A stretch of 64,000 nucleotides of DNA from an uncultured Planctomycetia bacterium. Lineage in GTDB: Bacteria > Omnitrophota > Gorgyraeia > Duberdicusellales > 4484-171. Below are positions 37,497 to 46,774 of the stretch, piece by piece (positions within the stretch are counted from its first letter, which is position 1; the number at the start of each line of letters is the position of its first letter). Below the pieces are notes generated by a model. It ran no database searches and was not told the DNA's origin. It saw only the letters and a program-made list of their open reading frames with translations. The translations under genes and the position numbers were made by a program. The DNA is taken from NCBI GenBank assembly GCA_964420965.1, contig CAYQUQ010000001.1, forward strand, positions 31,544 to 95,543, given 5' to 3'.

Positions 37497-38957
37497 ATGA
37501 AGGTTTTGTTTGTGATGCCAAAAATCGGGGCCTGGGCTACCCACGGAGAGCATGTGGCGCCCAACCAGTTGTATGCCCAGTGGGCGGCTTATATTCGCCA
37601 GAAAGGGTATACGGATTTAGAGGTTTTAGATTGCACCATTCTCAATATCCCTCTGGACCAGCTAGCCGGAAAAGTTAAAGAGAAGAATCTGGATTTGGTC
37701 CTGATGGGTGATATGATTCACTGTTCGGTGGGATTCGGTATTATCTGGCATTTTAATGAAGCCGCTTCCCGGATAAGGCAAGCTTTACCTGAGGTTAAGA
37801 TTGTTGTCGGCGGCCTCTGGTATTCAGCTACCCCTATTGAGACTTTAGAGGATAACCCGGCTATTGATCATGTGGTTATGGGCGAAGAGGAAGCTTTTTA
37901 TGATTTAGTCAAAACCATTGACAGCGGGACATCGACTAAAGATGTGGCCGGAACCGCCAGTCGCATTGACGGTAAGCCTCAAATGGGGCCGCACCGGCCG
38001 TTGATGACCGATTTAGACAACTTACCTTTACCGGCTTATGACTTGTTTCCCATGGATAAATATGTGGGTCATACTCACTGGAAGCCGTTTGTAGAGATGA
38101 TAACTTCCCGGGGGTGTCCATCAGCCTGTACCTTTTGTTATGAGTGGAACCAGTATGATCCCCGTTCACCCAATGATTTTTTAACCTGGCGGGCCAAGTC
38201 TCCGGAACGGGTGATCGAAGAGCTGGAGCTGCTGCACCATAAGTTCGGTGTTAAAGTAGTAGTGATCCAGGACGATAACTTTAACGTTGACGCTGAAAGG
38301 GTGGAGAAGTTTTGTAATTTAAAGAAAGAAAAAGGTAATCCCATTAAATGGGTTTCTTTGGGCCGGGCTATTGACTGGGTAAATTGCGAGAAGATATTGC
38401 CCCTGATGAAAGAAACCGGTTTATTTATGGGGGTATTTGGAATCGAGGTAACCACTCCCGAGGAACTCAAGAAAATCGCTAAAGGAATAACCGTTGAGCA
38501 CATTAAAAAGACCATTGATATTTTACGGGCCAATGACGTGGCCATTGTGGCTGATATTATGATCGGCTTTGACTATGATAACGAGCAGATTGTAAAACAG
38601 CGGCATGAGTTTACCGATCAGGTTGATCCGGATATTTTATGGGTCGGCTATGTTACCCCGGCGCCCAATTCGCCGATGTGGAGAATTAGCTTAAAGAAGG
38701 GGTGGTTTGACCCCCGGAAAATCGATTTTCTTAAATGGGATTTTCTGCACCCGGTAATACCTACTGACCATCTCTCCATCGAGGATTTAGGCCGGCTGGG
38801 GGCCTGGTCGATGCGGGAGTTTTTCTCCAAGCCGGGCAGAATTCAGCGGATTATGACCAGTAACTTCGATCCCCTGGCCAAACTTTGCTTCCAGGATGTT
38901 ATGCGTGGAGTGCAGAAGTGGGAGGAAGGCGCGGTCAAAGGCGAAAAACACATATAA
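37497..38957 (+). CDS. Cobalamin-dependent radical SAM enzyme
   Basis: N-terminal B12-binding-like domain (IVVGG, MGEE), SRGCPSACTFC, QDDNF. Confidence 0.9.
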   Translation: MKVLFVMPKIGAWATHGEHVAPNQLYAQWAAYIRQKGYTDLEVLDCTILNIPLDQLAGKVKEKNLDLVLMGDMIHCSVGFGIIWHFNEAASRIRQALPEVKIVVGGLWYSATPIETLEDNPAIDHVVMGEEEAFYDLVKTIDSGTSTKDVAGTASRIDGKPQMGPHRPLMTDLDNLPLPAYDLFPMDKYVGHTHWKPFVEMITSRGCPSACTFCYEWNQYDPRSPNDFLTWRAKSPERVIEELELLHHKFGVKVVVIQDDNFNVDAERVEKFCNLKKEKGNPIKWVSLGRAIDWVNCEKILPLMKETGLFMGVFGIEVTTPEELKKIAKGITVEHIKKTIDILRANDVAIVADIMIGFDYDNEQIVKQRHEFTDQVDPDILWVGYVTPAPNSPMWRISLKKGWFDPRKIDFLKWDFLHPVIPTDHLSIEDLGRLGAWSMREFFSKPGRIQRIMTSNFDPLAKLCFQDVMRGVQKWEEGAVKGEKHI

Positions 38958-39844
38958 TGCTTTGCGATAGCCATATTCACTTCATTCCTAAAGAATTGTC
39001 GGCCTATACTGCCTTCTACAAGGGCATATGGACGGATAAGGATAAGCTTTACGGGTTTTTGGAGCACCATAAAATAGAAAAGGCCCTTTTGGCTTATCCT
39101 TCTACCGATGCCCATCTAAAGCTGGAAGTCTTTTCCCGGGTCTGTGAGATTTACAATTCGGCTTTGGCAGAGGTTATTAAAGAAAATCCCCAGATTATCG
39201 GGGCGGGAATTGTGGATATGGATAATCTTTCCGGGGTGGCGGCGCAAGCCGAGGAGCTAAAGCAAAAGGGCTTTGGGGCCGTCAGTATCGCTTCCAGCCA
39301 TAACGGAAAATTCTGGGTTAAAGAGCTAGAACCTCTGTTTGCGGCGGCCCAGAATCAGAATTTACCTGTTTTTGTCCACCCCCAGACCATAAACCCCATT
39401 GGCTTTGAGCGGGTAAAAGACCCGTTGCTTATGCCGGTATTAGAATACAGCCTTGACTCTTCAATGTTTATGGGGCTGTTGATGATGGAAGGGATTCTGG
39501 AAAAGTACCAGGTAAAGTTTATCTTTTCTTCTTTAGGCGGAATCACTCCTTTTCTAAAAGACCGGTTCGACCGGGTTTATACCATGCTCCGGAAACGGCA
39601 GATTGTGAAAGACTTAGGCAAGCTGCCCACGCAAATTTTAAAGAACGTCTATGTGGATACTTCCGGGGCCTCCTTGAAGAATATTCAGCTGGCTATGGAG
39701 TTATTCGGAGCGGATAAGCTTTTGTGGGGCTCGGACTATCCGGTCTGCGGTGACATCCCGGGTAATTTGAAGATGCTGGATGAATTAGGGCCTGAAACCA
39801 AAGAAAAAATTAGTTATCAAAATTTCCAGGCTATTTTCGGATGA
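38957..39844 (+). CDS. Amidohydrolase family protein (decarboxylase-like)
   Basis: DSHIH, VFVHP, YVDTS, WGSDYP; ATG overlaps the upstream TAA. Confidence 0.87.
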   Translation: MLCDSHIHFIPKELSAYTAFYKGIWTDKDKLYGFLEHHKIEKALLAYPSTDAHLKLEVFSRVCEIYNSALAEVIKENPQIIGAGIVDMDNLSGVAAQAEELKQKGFGAVSIASSHNGKFWVKELEPLFAAAQNQNLPVFVHPQTINPIGFERVKDPLLMPVLEYSLDSSMFMGLLMMEGILEKYQVKFIFSSLGGITPFLKDRFDRVYTMLRKRQIVKDLGKLPTQILKNVYVDTSGASLKNIQLAMELFGADKLLWGSDYPVCGDIPGNLKMLDELGPETKEKISYQNFQAIFG

Positions 39845-40659
39845 AGATTTATTGTAACGGTGATTTAATCGAGAAGGAGCAGGTAACCGAACTCTTTGAG
39901 CCGGGGTTTCTCTTTGGCTGGGGGGTGTTTGAGGCTTTACGGACCTACGCCGGCAACATTCCCTTTCTGGATGCGCATATCGCCAGGTTGAATGAAAGCC
40001 TCGAACTTTTAGGGATTGGAAAAATAGAACTGGATTGGTCTAAGACTATAACAGATTTGCTGCAGGAAAATCGCTTAGAGGACGCCTACGTGCGCATCAC
40101 CGCTTACAAAAAGAGAAAAGGTACCGGCTTGTTAATTTATGCCGACACCTTCGGTTATTATACCGCCGATATCTATAAAGAAGGGTTTTCGGCCATCATT
40201 TCGCCCCATAGAAGATGCGGGAAAAACATCTGTTCTAAGAGCAAGTCTCTTAGCTACTTACAGAACAGAATTTCCTGGCTCGCGGCTCAAAAGGTAAAAA
40301 AAGACGAGGCCCTGGTTTTAAATCCGGAAGGGTTCTTAGCCGGCGGGTCGCGCAGCAATCTCTTTCTGGTTAAAAATAAGGAAATTTTTACCCCGGCTAT
40401 TGAGTGCGGGGCTTTTGCCGGTATTACCCGCAAGGCAGTTATGGAAATAGCTGCGGAATTGGGCTTAGCCGTAAAAGAAGGCAAACTTACTGTTGACGAT
40501 ATCGATGATTGCAAGGAAGCATTTATAACCAGCGCTTTGCTGGAAGTTATGCCTTTAGTCGAGTGCGCGGGTAAACTATTGAGTAAGGGTAAGCCCGGAG
40601 AAATGACTGGTAAGATTTTAGGGCATTATCGAGAGAGACTGAAAGTAAAGGCCGCTTAA
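39841..40659 (+). CDS. PLP-dependent class IV aminotransferase/lyase
   Basis: GWGVFE, HIARL, KSLSY, GITR. Confidence 0.88.
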   Translation: MKIYCNGDLIEKEQVTELFEPGFLFGWGVFEALRTYAGNIPFLDAHIARLNESLELLGIGKIELDWSKTITDLLQENRLEDAYVRITAYKKRKGTGLLIYADTFGYYTADIYKEGFSAIISPHRRCGKNICSKSKSLSYLQNRISWLAAQKVKKDEALVLNPEGFLAGGSRSNLFLVKNKEIFTPAIECGAFAGITRKAVMEIAAELGLAVKEGKLTVDDIDDCKEAFITSALLEVMPLVECAGKLLSKGKPGEMTGKILGHYRERLKVKAA

Positions 40660-40674
40660 CCAAAAGAGAAAATC

Positions 40675-41301
40675 TTGGCAGTTCAAAATAAGCACTATGA
40701 TAAACTGTACTATCGGGGCCGGGGATCGAATTACATCTTTGGCTACCGGAACCTGCGTTCACGCCTATTCTGGCGGCGCCGGCTGAAAGTTTTAGCCAAG
40801 ATTTCTCCTTCGGGAAGATTGTTAGATATCGGCTGTGCTTTCGGATTTTTTATAAAAATTCTGGAAAAGAAATACCAGGTTTACGGAATAGATATCTCGG
40901 AATACGCTATAAAGCAGGCTCGGAATTTAGTTTCTCATCCCGAATATTTAAAATGCTGTGATGTCACCCAGGGGATACCTTTTCGTGATAAGTTCAATGT
41001 GATTACGGCCTTCGATATCATTGAACACATCGCCGAGCCCCTGACTGTTTTTAAAATTATCAGGCCGTCTTTAGCCGAAGCAGGGTCTCTTTATTTGGAA
41101 TTACCTTTATCCAAAACCCTGATTGACTTTGACCGGGGCCATCATTACCGGCCTTTAGAAGAGTGGCTTAACCTTTTGTCTTCGGCCGGCTTTAAGCCGA
41201 ATTTTATGCAAACTTACTATACGGTCGGCTTAAGAGGCGTGATGATTCCGGCCAAACGCCGAATGAATTATGCCAGTATTGTGGTTAAAGCTATACCTTA
41301 A
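40675..41301 (+). CDS. Class I SAM-dependent methyltransferase
   Basis: LLDIGCAFG, GIDIS, FDIIEH. Confidence 0.87.
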   Translation: MAVQNKHYDKLYYRGRGSNYIFGYRNLRSRLFWRRRLKVLAKISPSGRLLDIGCAFGFFIKILEKKYQVYGIDISEYAIKQARNLVSHPEYLKCCDVTQGIPFRDKFNVITAFDIIEHIAEPLTVFKIIRPSLAEAGSLYLELPLSKTLIDFDRGHHYRPLEEWLNLLSSAGFKPNFMQTYYTVGLRGVMIPAKRRMNYASIVVKAIP

Positions 41302-41312
41302 GGATTAAAAAA

Positions 41313-42251
41313 ATGAAACTTTCACCTTTATTCTGGCCGATTCAGCTCAAAGGGAATACTATTTACATTCTAGACGAGACTCTTCTTCCCGGCCAGGTTA
41401 AGTATATAAAAGCTACTGATTATCAGCAAGCCTGCCGGGCCATAAGAGAGATGAAGACCCGGGCCGTGGGGCAGGTGATTTTGGTGCTATATGTTTTCCT
41501 TGAGGTGGTCCGCAAAAACAGGAAGAAGAAAAACCTGTCCTTAGCTTTAAAAAGGGTCGCCCGGGCCATAAATTCCACCCGCCCGACATTATCTTTTAAA
41601 TATTTAACCAATATGATTCTGGGCTGGCATGAGTCCGGGGTGCCTCTGGAAAGAAATATCCTCGGCTTTTTGAAGCGGCTAAAGAATAAACGCATTCAGC
41701 AGGCAGAAGAAGCCTCTAAGTTAGTTAAAAACGGGGATACAGTTCTTACTCACTGCAACGTCAGCGGGTTGATGCCGTTAATCGGCCGGTTTGCCCGCCG
41801 GCACCATAAAAAGATTAAGTTCCTGGTTACCGAAACCCGGCCCTATCTGCAGGGGGTGAGACTGACTGCCTGGGAGCTTAGCCAGGCTGGATTCGATGTT
41901 ACCGTAATCGCCGATAACATGGTAGCCCAGGTGATGAAAGAAAAAAGAGTCAATAAAGTTATTGTCGGTTCAGATAATTTAGCTCAGAACGGCGATATCG
42001 CCAATAAGATTGGCACCTATCAGATTGCCGTTTTAGCCAGGTATTTTAAAATTCCGTTTTATGTCTTATGCCCGCCGCCATCCCGGGCCAATACCGGAAG
42101 GGAGATTAAAATCGAAGTCCGGCCGGATAAAGAATTGTTTATGTTTGCCCATAAATCCATCAGGCCCCGGGGGGTAAAGGGGTATTATCCGGCATTCGAT
42201 ATAACCCCCCATAACTTGATTACTAAGCATATACCTTTAAAATTAAAGTAA
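41313..42251 (+). CDS. mtnA: Methylthioribose-1-phosphate isomerase-like (MtnA family)
   Basis: RPT, LTHCN, ETRPYLQG.RLTAWEL, NGDIANKIGTY, PAFDITP. Confidence 0.85.
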   Translation: MKLSPLFWPIQLKGNTIYILDETLLPGQVKYIKATDYQQACRAIREMKTRAVGQVILVLYVFLEVVRKNRKKKNLSLALKRVARAINSTRPTLSFKYLTNMILGWHESGVPLERNILGFLKRLKNKRIQQAEEASKLVKNGDTVLTHCNVSGLMPLIGRFARRHHKKIKFLVTETRPYLQGVRLTAWELSQAGFDVTVIADNMVAQVMKEKRVNKVIVGSDNLAQNGDIANKIGTYQIAVLARYFKIPFYVLCPPPSRANTGREIKIEVRPDKELFMFAHKSIRPRGVKGYYPAFDITPHNLITKHIPLKLK

Positions 42252-42253
42252 TT

Positions 42254-43252
42254 ATGTTCGGTAAAGAGAAACAACTCAAAGAAAGAATAATCATGGTGGG
42301 CCGGAAACTCTATGCGGCCCGGTTAGTAGCGGCAACTGCAGGTAATTTAAGCGCGCGTCTCGATGAAAACAATATTCTGATAACCACAACCGGAGCCGCC
42401 TTGGGCGATTTAAATAACCAGGATATTATCAAAATTAATCTTGCCCAAAAGGAGAGCGTCGATAAGCGCCTGACTACAGAATTTCCTTTGCACCGGCTCA
42501 TCTATGAAACTCTAGGCGTAAAGACCGTAATCCACTGCCATCCGCCCCTGGTGAATGGTTATTTTGCGGTCTGTTCTGGTTTAAAGAATTTGACTTTTGA
42601 GTCCGAATTCTATCTGGGCCAGGTGCCGGTTGTGCCCCAGGATACCCCGAGCATAACTAAGCCGGAATTGGTGACCGCAGCTTTAAAAACCAATAATTTG
42701 GTGGTAATTAAGAATCACGGAGTGGTGGGTGTGGGCGAGGATTTTAAGGACAGTTTTAATTTGATTGAGACTTTAGAAGAAGCGGTAAAAGTTGCCGCTA
42801 CGGCCCGATTGTTTGACCAGAAGGTTTTAGACGATTTGGATAAGGCCCTTAAACAGGATTTAACCCAAAAAACTGATATTTACCCCATGTTCTCCCCAGA
42901 ACACATTCAGGCTATTGTCGATTTGGTGAATCAAGATGAATTTATGGCCCAAAAGGGCCGGGAACTGGATTTGACCGTGGAGCTGGCCATAAAGCTTGCT
43001 GAGGATAAAAAAGCCTATAAATTTACTTTTGAGAAAGGAAAAGTCACCCAGTTAGAGTTAAATGATAATGCCCCTTTTGTAATTTCGGCTCCGGCTCCGG
43101 TTTGGGAGCTGGTTTTTTTGGGGAAGTTAGATTCGTTTGTGGCCGTTACCCAGGGGAAGATGAAGCTAAAGGGCCAGCTCGGCCAGCTTTCCCGCTGGTA
43201 CGTCCCGTTTAAGCGCCTGTTTGAATTATTTAAGCAGGTTAAGATAAAATGA
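42254..43252 (+). CDS. Class II aldolase fused to an SCP2 sterol-carrier-like domain
   Basis: AGNLSAR, TEFPLH, HCH, NHG; C-terminal LDSFVAVTQGKMKLKG. Confidence 0.85.
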   Translation: MFGKEKQLKERIIMVGRKLYAARLVAATAGNLSARLDENNILITTTGAALGDLNNQDIIKINLAQKESVDKRLTTEFPLHRLIYETLGVKTVIHCHPPLVNGYFAVCSGLKNLTFESEFYLGQVPVVPQDTPSITKPELVTAALKTNNLVVIKNHGVVGVGEDFKDSFNLIETLEEAVKVAATARLFDQKVLDDLDKALKQDLTQKTDIYPMFSPEHIQAIVDLVNQDEFMAQKGRELDLTVELAIKLAEDKKAYKFTFEKGKVTQLELNDNAPFVISAPAPVWELVFLGKLDSFVAVTQGKMKLKGQLGQLSRWYVPFKRLFELFKQVKIK

Positions 43253-44742
43253 AGAATTATTCCTTATTTATTAATGGCGAGTTTAAAGATTCCGGTTTAA
43301 AGCAGGAGATAATTAATCCGGCTACCGGCGCGCCCATAGCTTCCGTGGGCTTCGCCGATGCAGAGAGTGCTGAGTCCGCCATAGATGCGGCCCGTAAAGC
43401 TTATGATAACGGGCCCTGGAGGAGCCTTCCTTTAGCTGAACGTAAAGAGTATATTTTAAAGATAGCGCAGGCAATTTTAGAGCAGGCCGCAGAGTTAGCT
43501 AATTTAGAAACTTTAAATACCGGCAAGCCGATAAAAGAATCTACTTTCATGGATATTCCTTCAGCGGCGCAAACCTTTGAATATTTTGCCCGTAATCTGG
43601 AGAAATTTCTGGCTTCGGAGAATATCGATATCCAATCTCCGATTGCGGCGGTGCAGAGCCGGCTTAAGCGCGAACCGTTAGGGGTTTCGGTTTTGATTGT
43701 TCCTTTCAATTACCCCCTGCTTATAGCCTCCTGGAAGATGGCCCAGAGCTTAGCCGCCGGCAATACGGTTATTTTAAAGCCGTCGAGTTTAACCCCTTTA
43801 ACTGTTTTAAAGTTAGGAGAAATTATCCATGCGGCCGGTTTCCCCCCGGGAGTAGTCAATATTTTAGCCGGATCTGGAAGCCGAATCGGGGATATTCTAT
43901 GTTCGGATAAGCGGGTGGACCTGATTTCCTTCACCGGCTCAAACAAGGTGGGTAAAAAAATCATCACCTCTTCTTCCGCAAACGTAAAAAAATTAATCAT
44001 GGAGCTAGGGGGCAAGTCCGCCGGCATCGTTTTGGCGGACGCCGATTTAGAAGCAGCAGTGAACGGTTCTTTGTGTTCGATATTTTTAAATCAAGGCCAG
44101 ATGTGCACCGCAATGTCGCGGATTTTTGTGGCCGAGGGAATATACGACCGATTTTTATCTCAGTTCCTGGATAAAGTAAAGCGCATAAGATTGGGCGACG
44201 GGCTAAATTACGAAACTCAGATGGGACCTTTAATTTCCCAAGAACAGCGGGCTAAAGTAATTGGCTTTGTGGAGAAGGCCAAGGAACAGGGGGCCAATTT
44301 AGTTTATGGAGGCAAAATCCCCGAAAAACCGGAATTGCAAACAGGATTTTTCTTTGAGCCCGCGGTGTTTATAGACGTAAGCCCGCAAGCGGCTATTTTC
44401 CGGGAAGAAGTTTTTGGACCGGTAGTGTGTATCAATAAATTTTCGCATATCGACGAGGCAGTTAAGTTAGCTAATGCCAGTGATTTTGGTTTAGCCAGCT
44501 GTATTTGGAGTAAGGATAATACAAAAGCCGAGAACCTGGCTAAAAGAATTAACGCCGGAACAATCTGGATTAATACCTACGGCATGTTTTTTAATGAAAT
44601 TCCCTACGGAGGCTTTAAGCAAAGCGGTTTTGGCAAGGAATTGGGGAGAGAGGGTTTCTTAGAATACACCCGGCTCAAGAATGTTATCGTTGATGAAACC
44701 AAGGAATCAAAGCCTTTGGTTAATTACTGGTATGGGCTATAG
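43249..44742 (+). CDS. Aldehyde dehydrogenase
   Basis: PFNYP, FTGS, MELGGK, GQMC, EEVFGP, YGGFKQSG. Confidence 0.95.
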   Translation: MKNYSLFINGEFKDSGLKQEIINPATGAPIASVGFADAESAESAIDAARKAYDNGPWRSLPLAERKEYILKIAQAILEQAAELANLETLNTGKPIKESTFMDIPSAAQTFEYFARNLEKFLASENIDIQSPIAAVQSRLKREPLGVSVLIVPFNYPLLIASWKMAQSLAAGNTVILKPSSLTPLTVLKLGEIIHAAGFPPGVVNILAGSGSRIGDILCSDKRVDLISFTGSNKVGKKIITSSSANVKKLIMELGGKSAGIVLADADLEAAVNGSLCSIFLNQGQMCTAMSRIFVAEGIYDRFLSQFLDKVKRIRLGDGLNYETQMGPLISQEQRAKVIGFVEKAKEQGANLVYGGKIPEKPELQTGFFFEPAVFIDVSPQAAIFREEVFGPVVCINKFSHIDEAVKLANASDFGLASCIWSKDNTKAENLAKRINAGTIWINTYGMFFNEIPYGGFKQSGFGKELGREGFLEYTRLKNVIVDETKESKPLVNYWYGL

Positions 44743-44745
44743 AGA

Positions 44746-44835
44746 TAGAAGCAGATTCACGCGGATATTTACGCGGATTCACGCCATGCATGTTTGGCGT
44801 CTATCCGCGTTTAGATCCGCGTATATCCGCCTCTA
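44746..44835. repeat. Palindromic element family B, copy 2
   Basis: tagaagcagattcacgcggat...atccgcgtatatccgcctcta. Confidence 0.8.
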
Positions 44836-44852
44836 AAAAGGGAGGTTTGAAA

Positions 44853-45641
44853 ATGGATTGGGGGATGAGGAATCGATTGAGTAAAGTAATTCCTGATGGA
44901 CGTTGTTTCTTTTTACCCATAGACCACGGCTATTTCCAGGGTCCGACCCGGTGCCTGGAGCAGCCCGGCGAAACCATTAAGCCGCTTCTAGCTTACTGTG
45001 ACGCCCTTTTTGTAACCAGAGGAGTGCTGCGTTCAGCGGTGGATCCCGAAAACAGTAAGCCGGTTATTTTAAGGGTCTCCGGCGGAACGAGCATGGTGGG
45101 TAAAGATCTGGCCAACGAAGTAATTACTACCTCGATTGAAGAAATTATCCGCCTCAATGTCGATGCGGTGGGAGTTTCGGTTTTTATCGGCAGCGATTAC
45201 GAAAAGCAGACTCTGACTAATCTGGCCCAGCTGGTTAATCAGTGTGAAGGCTACGGCATTCCGGTTATGGCTGTTACCGCGGTGGGTAAAGAGCTGGAAA
45301 AACGCGATGCCCGCTATCTGGGTTTGTGTTGCCGTATTTGTGCCGAGCTGGGAGCGCGAATAGTAAAGACCTACTGGTGTGAAGATTTTGATAAGGTCGT
45401 AGGAGGCTGTCCGGTCCCCGTGGTTATGGCCGGAGGGCCGAAATGCAACACCGAACGGGAAGTTTTTGAATTTGTTTACGACGGCATGCAGAAAGGCGCT
45501 ATTGGCGTTAATTTAGGCCGAAATGTCTGGCAGAATCCTCAACCGGTAGCCATGGCCAGGGCTCTGCGGGCCATTATTCACGAAAGCGCTGATGTTAAGC
45601 AAGCCGAAGCGATATTCAACGAGACCAAAAAATGCGCGTAG
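44853..45641 (+). CDS. lsrF: LsrF-like class I aldolase/thiolase
   Basis: MDWGMRNRL, PIDHGYFQGPT, VKTY, MAGG, GRNVWQ; ATG after GGAGG. Confidence 0.85.
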   Translation: MDWGMRNRLSKVIPDGRCFFLPIDHGYFQGPTRCLEQPGETIKPLLAYCDALFVTRGVLRSAVDPENSKPVILRVSGGTSMVGKDLANEVITTSIEEIIRLNVDAVGVSVFIGSDYEKQTLTNLAQLVNQCEGYGIPVMAVTAVGKELEKRDARYLGLCCRICAELGARIVKTYWCEDFDKVVGGCPVPVVMAGGPKCNTEREVFEFVYDGMQKGAIGVNLGRNVWQNPQPVAMARALRAIIHESADVKQAEAIFNETKKCA

Positions 45642-46648
45642 CAGTATACTACAGCAATAATGATGTCCGGTTAGAGGAGAGACCTAAGCCGCAAATCGGC
45701 CCCGGAGAAATACTGGTGAAGATGCGGGCTTGCGGTATCTGCGGCAGCGATGTGATGGAGTGGTACCGCTTAAAGAAAGCTCCGCTGGTTTTAGGCCACG
45801 AAGCTGCCGGTGAGGTTATTAACACAGGTGAAGGAGTTAAAAATTTTAAGGAGGGGGATAGAGTTTTTGTTTCCCATCACGTTCCCTGCAACCAGTGCCG
45901 GTATTGCCGGGCTGGCCATCACACCGTTTGTCCCACTCTGCAGACCACCAACTTTGACCCCGGCGGGTTTGCCGAATATATCCGGGTACCGGCGATTAAC
46001 GTAGAGCGGGGAACGTTTCTTCTGCCGCCGGAGATTTCTTTTGAGGAGGCGACCTTCATTGAACCCCTGGCCTGTGTAGTTCGGGGTCAAAGAATGGCTA
46101 ATTTAGAGTTCGGCCAACACCTGCTGATTCTGGGGGGAGGGGTATCCGGTTTACTTCATCTTTTACTGGCCCGCTCCCGGGGCGCGGAGCGGATTGTAGT
46201 TACCGACATCAATGAATACCGTCTGAAGGCGGCTAAGGAGCTCGGCGCCGATTTAGTAATACCGGCAAAAGAAGATGTCCCCGGTTATCTAAAGGACCGG
46301 CCGGCCGATTTGGTAATTATCTGTACCAGTGCTACTGCGGCCTTTGAGCAGGCCCTAACATCCGTGGACCGGGCCGGGACTATCCTCTGTTTTGCCCCCA
46401 CGGAGCCGGGAGTTACTTTACCCCTTCCGGTCAATGATTTTTGGCGTAACAGCATAAAGATCATGCATTCTTACGGCGGCAGCCCTCAGGATATAACCGC
46501 GGCTATAGAATTACTGGCCCGCAAAGAAGTTGTGGTCAGCAGCATGATTACCCATCGCCTGAATTTAAGCCGGGCCGGCGAAGGGTTTGGTCTGGTTGCC
46601 GAAGGAAAAAATTCCCTCAAAGTAATTATTAAACCGGATGCCTCTTGA
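45632..46648 (+). CDS. Zinc-dependent alcohol/polyol dehydrogenase
   Basis: GICGSD, GHE, C..C..C.......C, EPLAC. Confidence 0.92.
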   Translation: MRVAVYYSNNDVRLEERPKPQIGPGEILVKMRACGICGSDVMEWYRLKKAPLVLGHEAAGEVINTGEGVKNFKEGDRVFVSHHVPCNQCRYCRAGHHTVCPTLQTTNFDPGGFAEYIRVPAINVERGTFLLPPEISFEEATFIEPLACVVRGQRMANLEFGQHLLILGGGVSGLLHLLLARSRGAERIVVTDINEYRLKAAKELGADLVIPAKEDVPGYLKDRPADLVIICTSATAAFEQALTSVDRAGTILCFAPTEPGVTLPLPVNDFWRNSIKIMHSYGGSPQDITAAIELLARKEVVVSSMITHRLNLSRAGEGFGLVAEGKNSLKVIIKPDAS

Positions 46649-46668
46649 TGAGTCAACGAAGCAACTTC

Positions 46669-46750
46669 CTATAACCCAAAAATCAACTTCCGAGCAAGCT
46701 GCCAGACCTGTTTAGTGACGAGTCAGGAGCGGTGGGATGAGTTGTTAGAT
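46669..46750 (-). mobile_element. Integron attC-like site 2 (82 bp)
   Basis: + strand ctataac-ccaaa-aatcaac ... ggtgggat-gagtt-gttagat; 7-5-7 and 8-5-7 geometry; R'' ATCTAAC fits RYYYAAC. Confidence 0.75.
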
Positions 46751-46774
46751 GTTTCTATTTTTAACTTTTATAAT

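Noticed and set aside
37497-38957. Calling the B12 radical SAM enzyme bchE (with the PCP-like protein as chlorophyll genes)
   Set aside because: No other photosynthesis or tetrapyrrole genes are present; the PKS context suggests a tailoring role.
44790-44852. N-terminal extension of LsrF from the ORF track
   Set aside because: It comes from the family B palindrome; ATG 44853 has a GGAGG RBS and the family-typical MDWG start.
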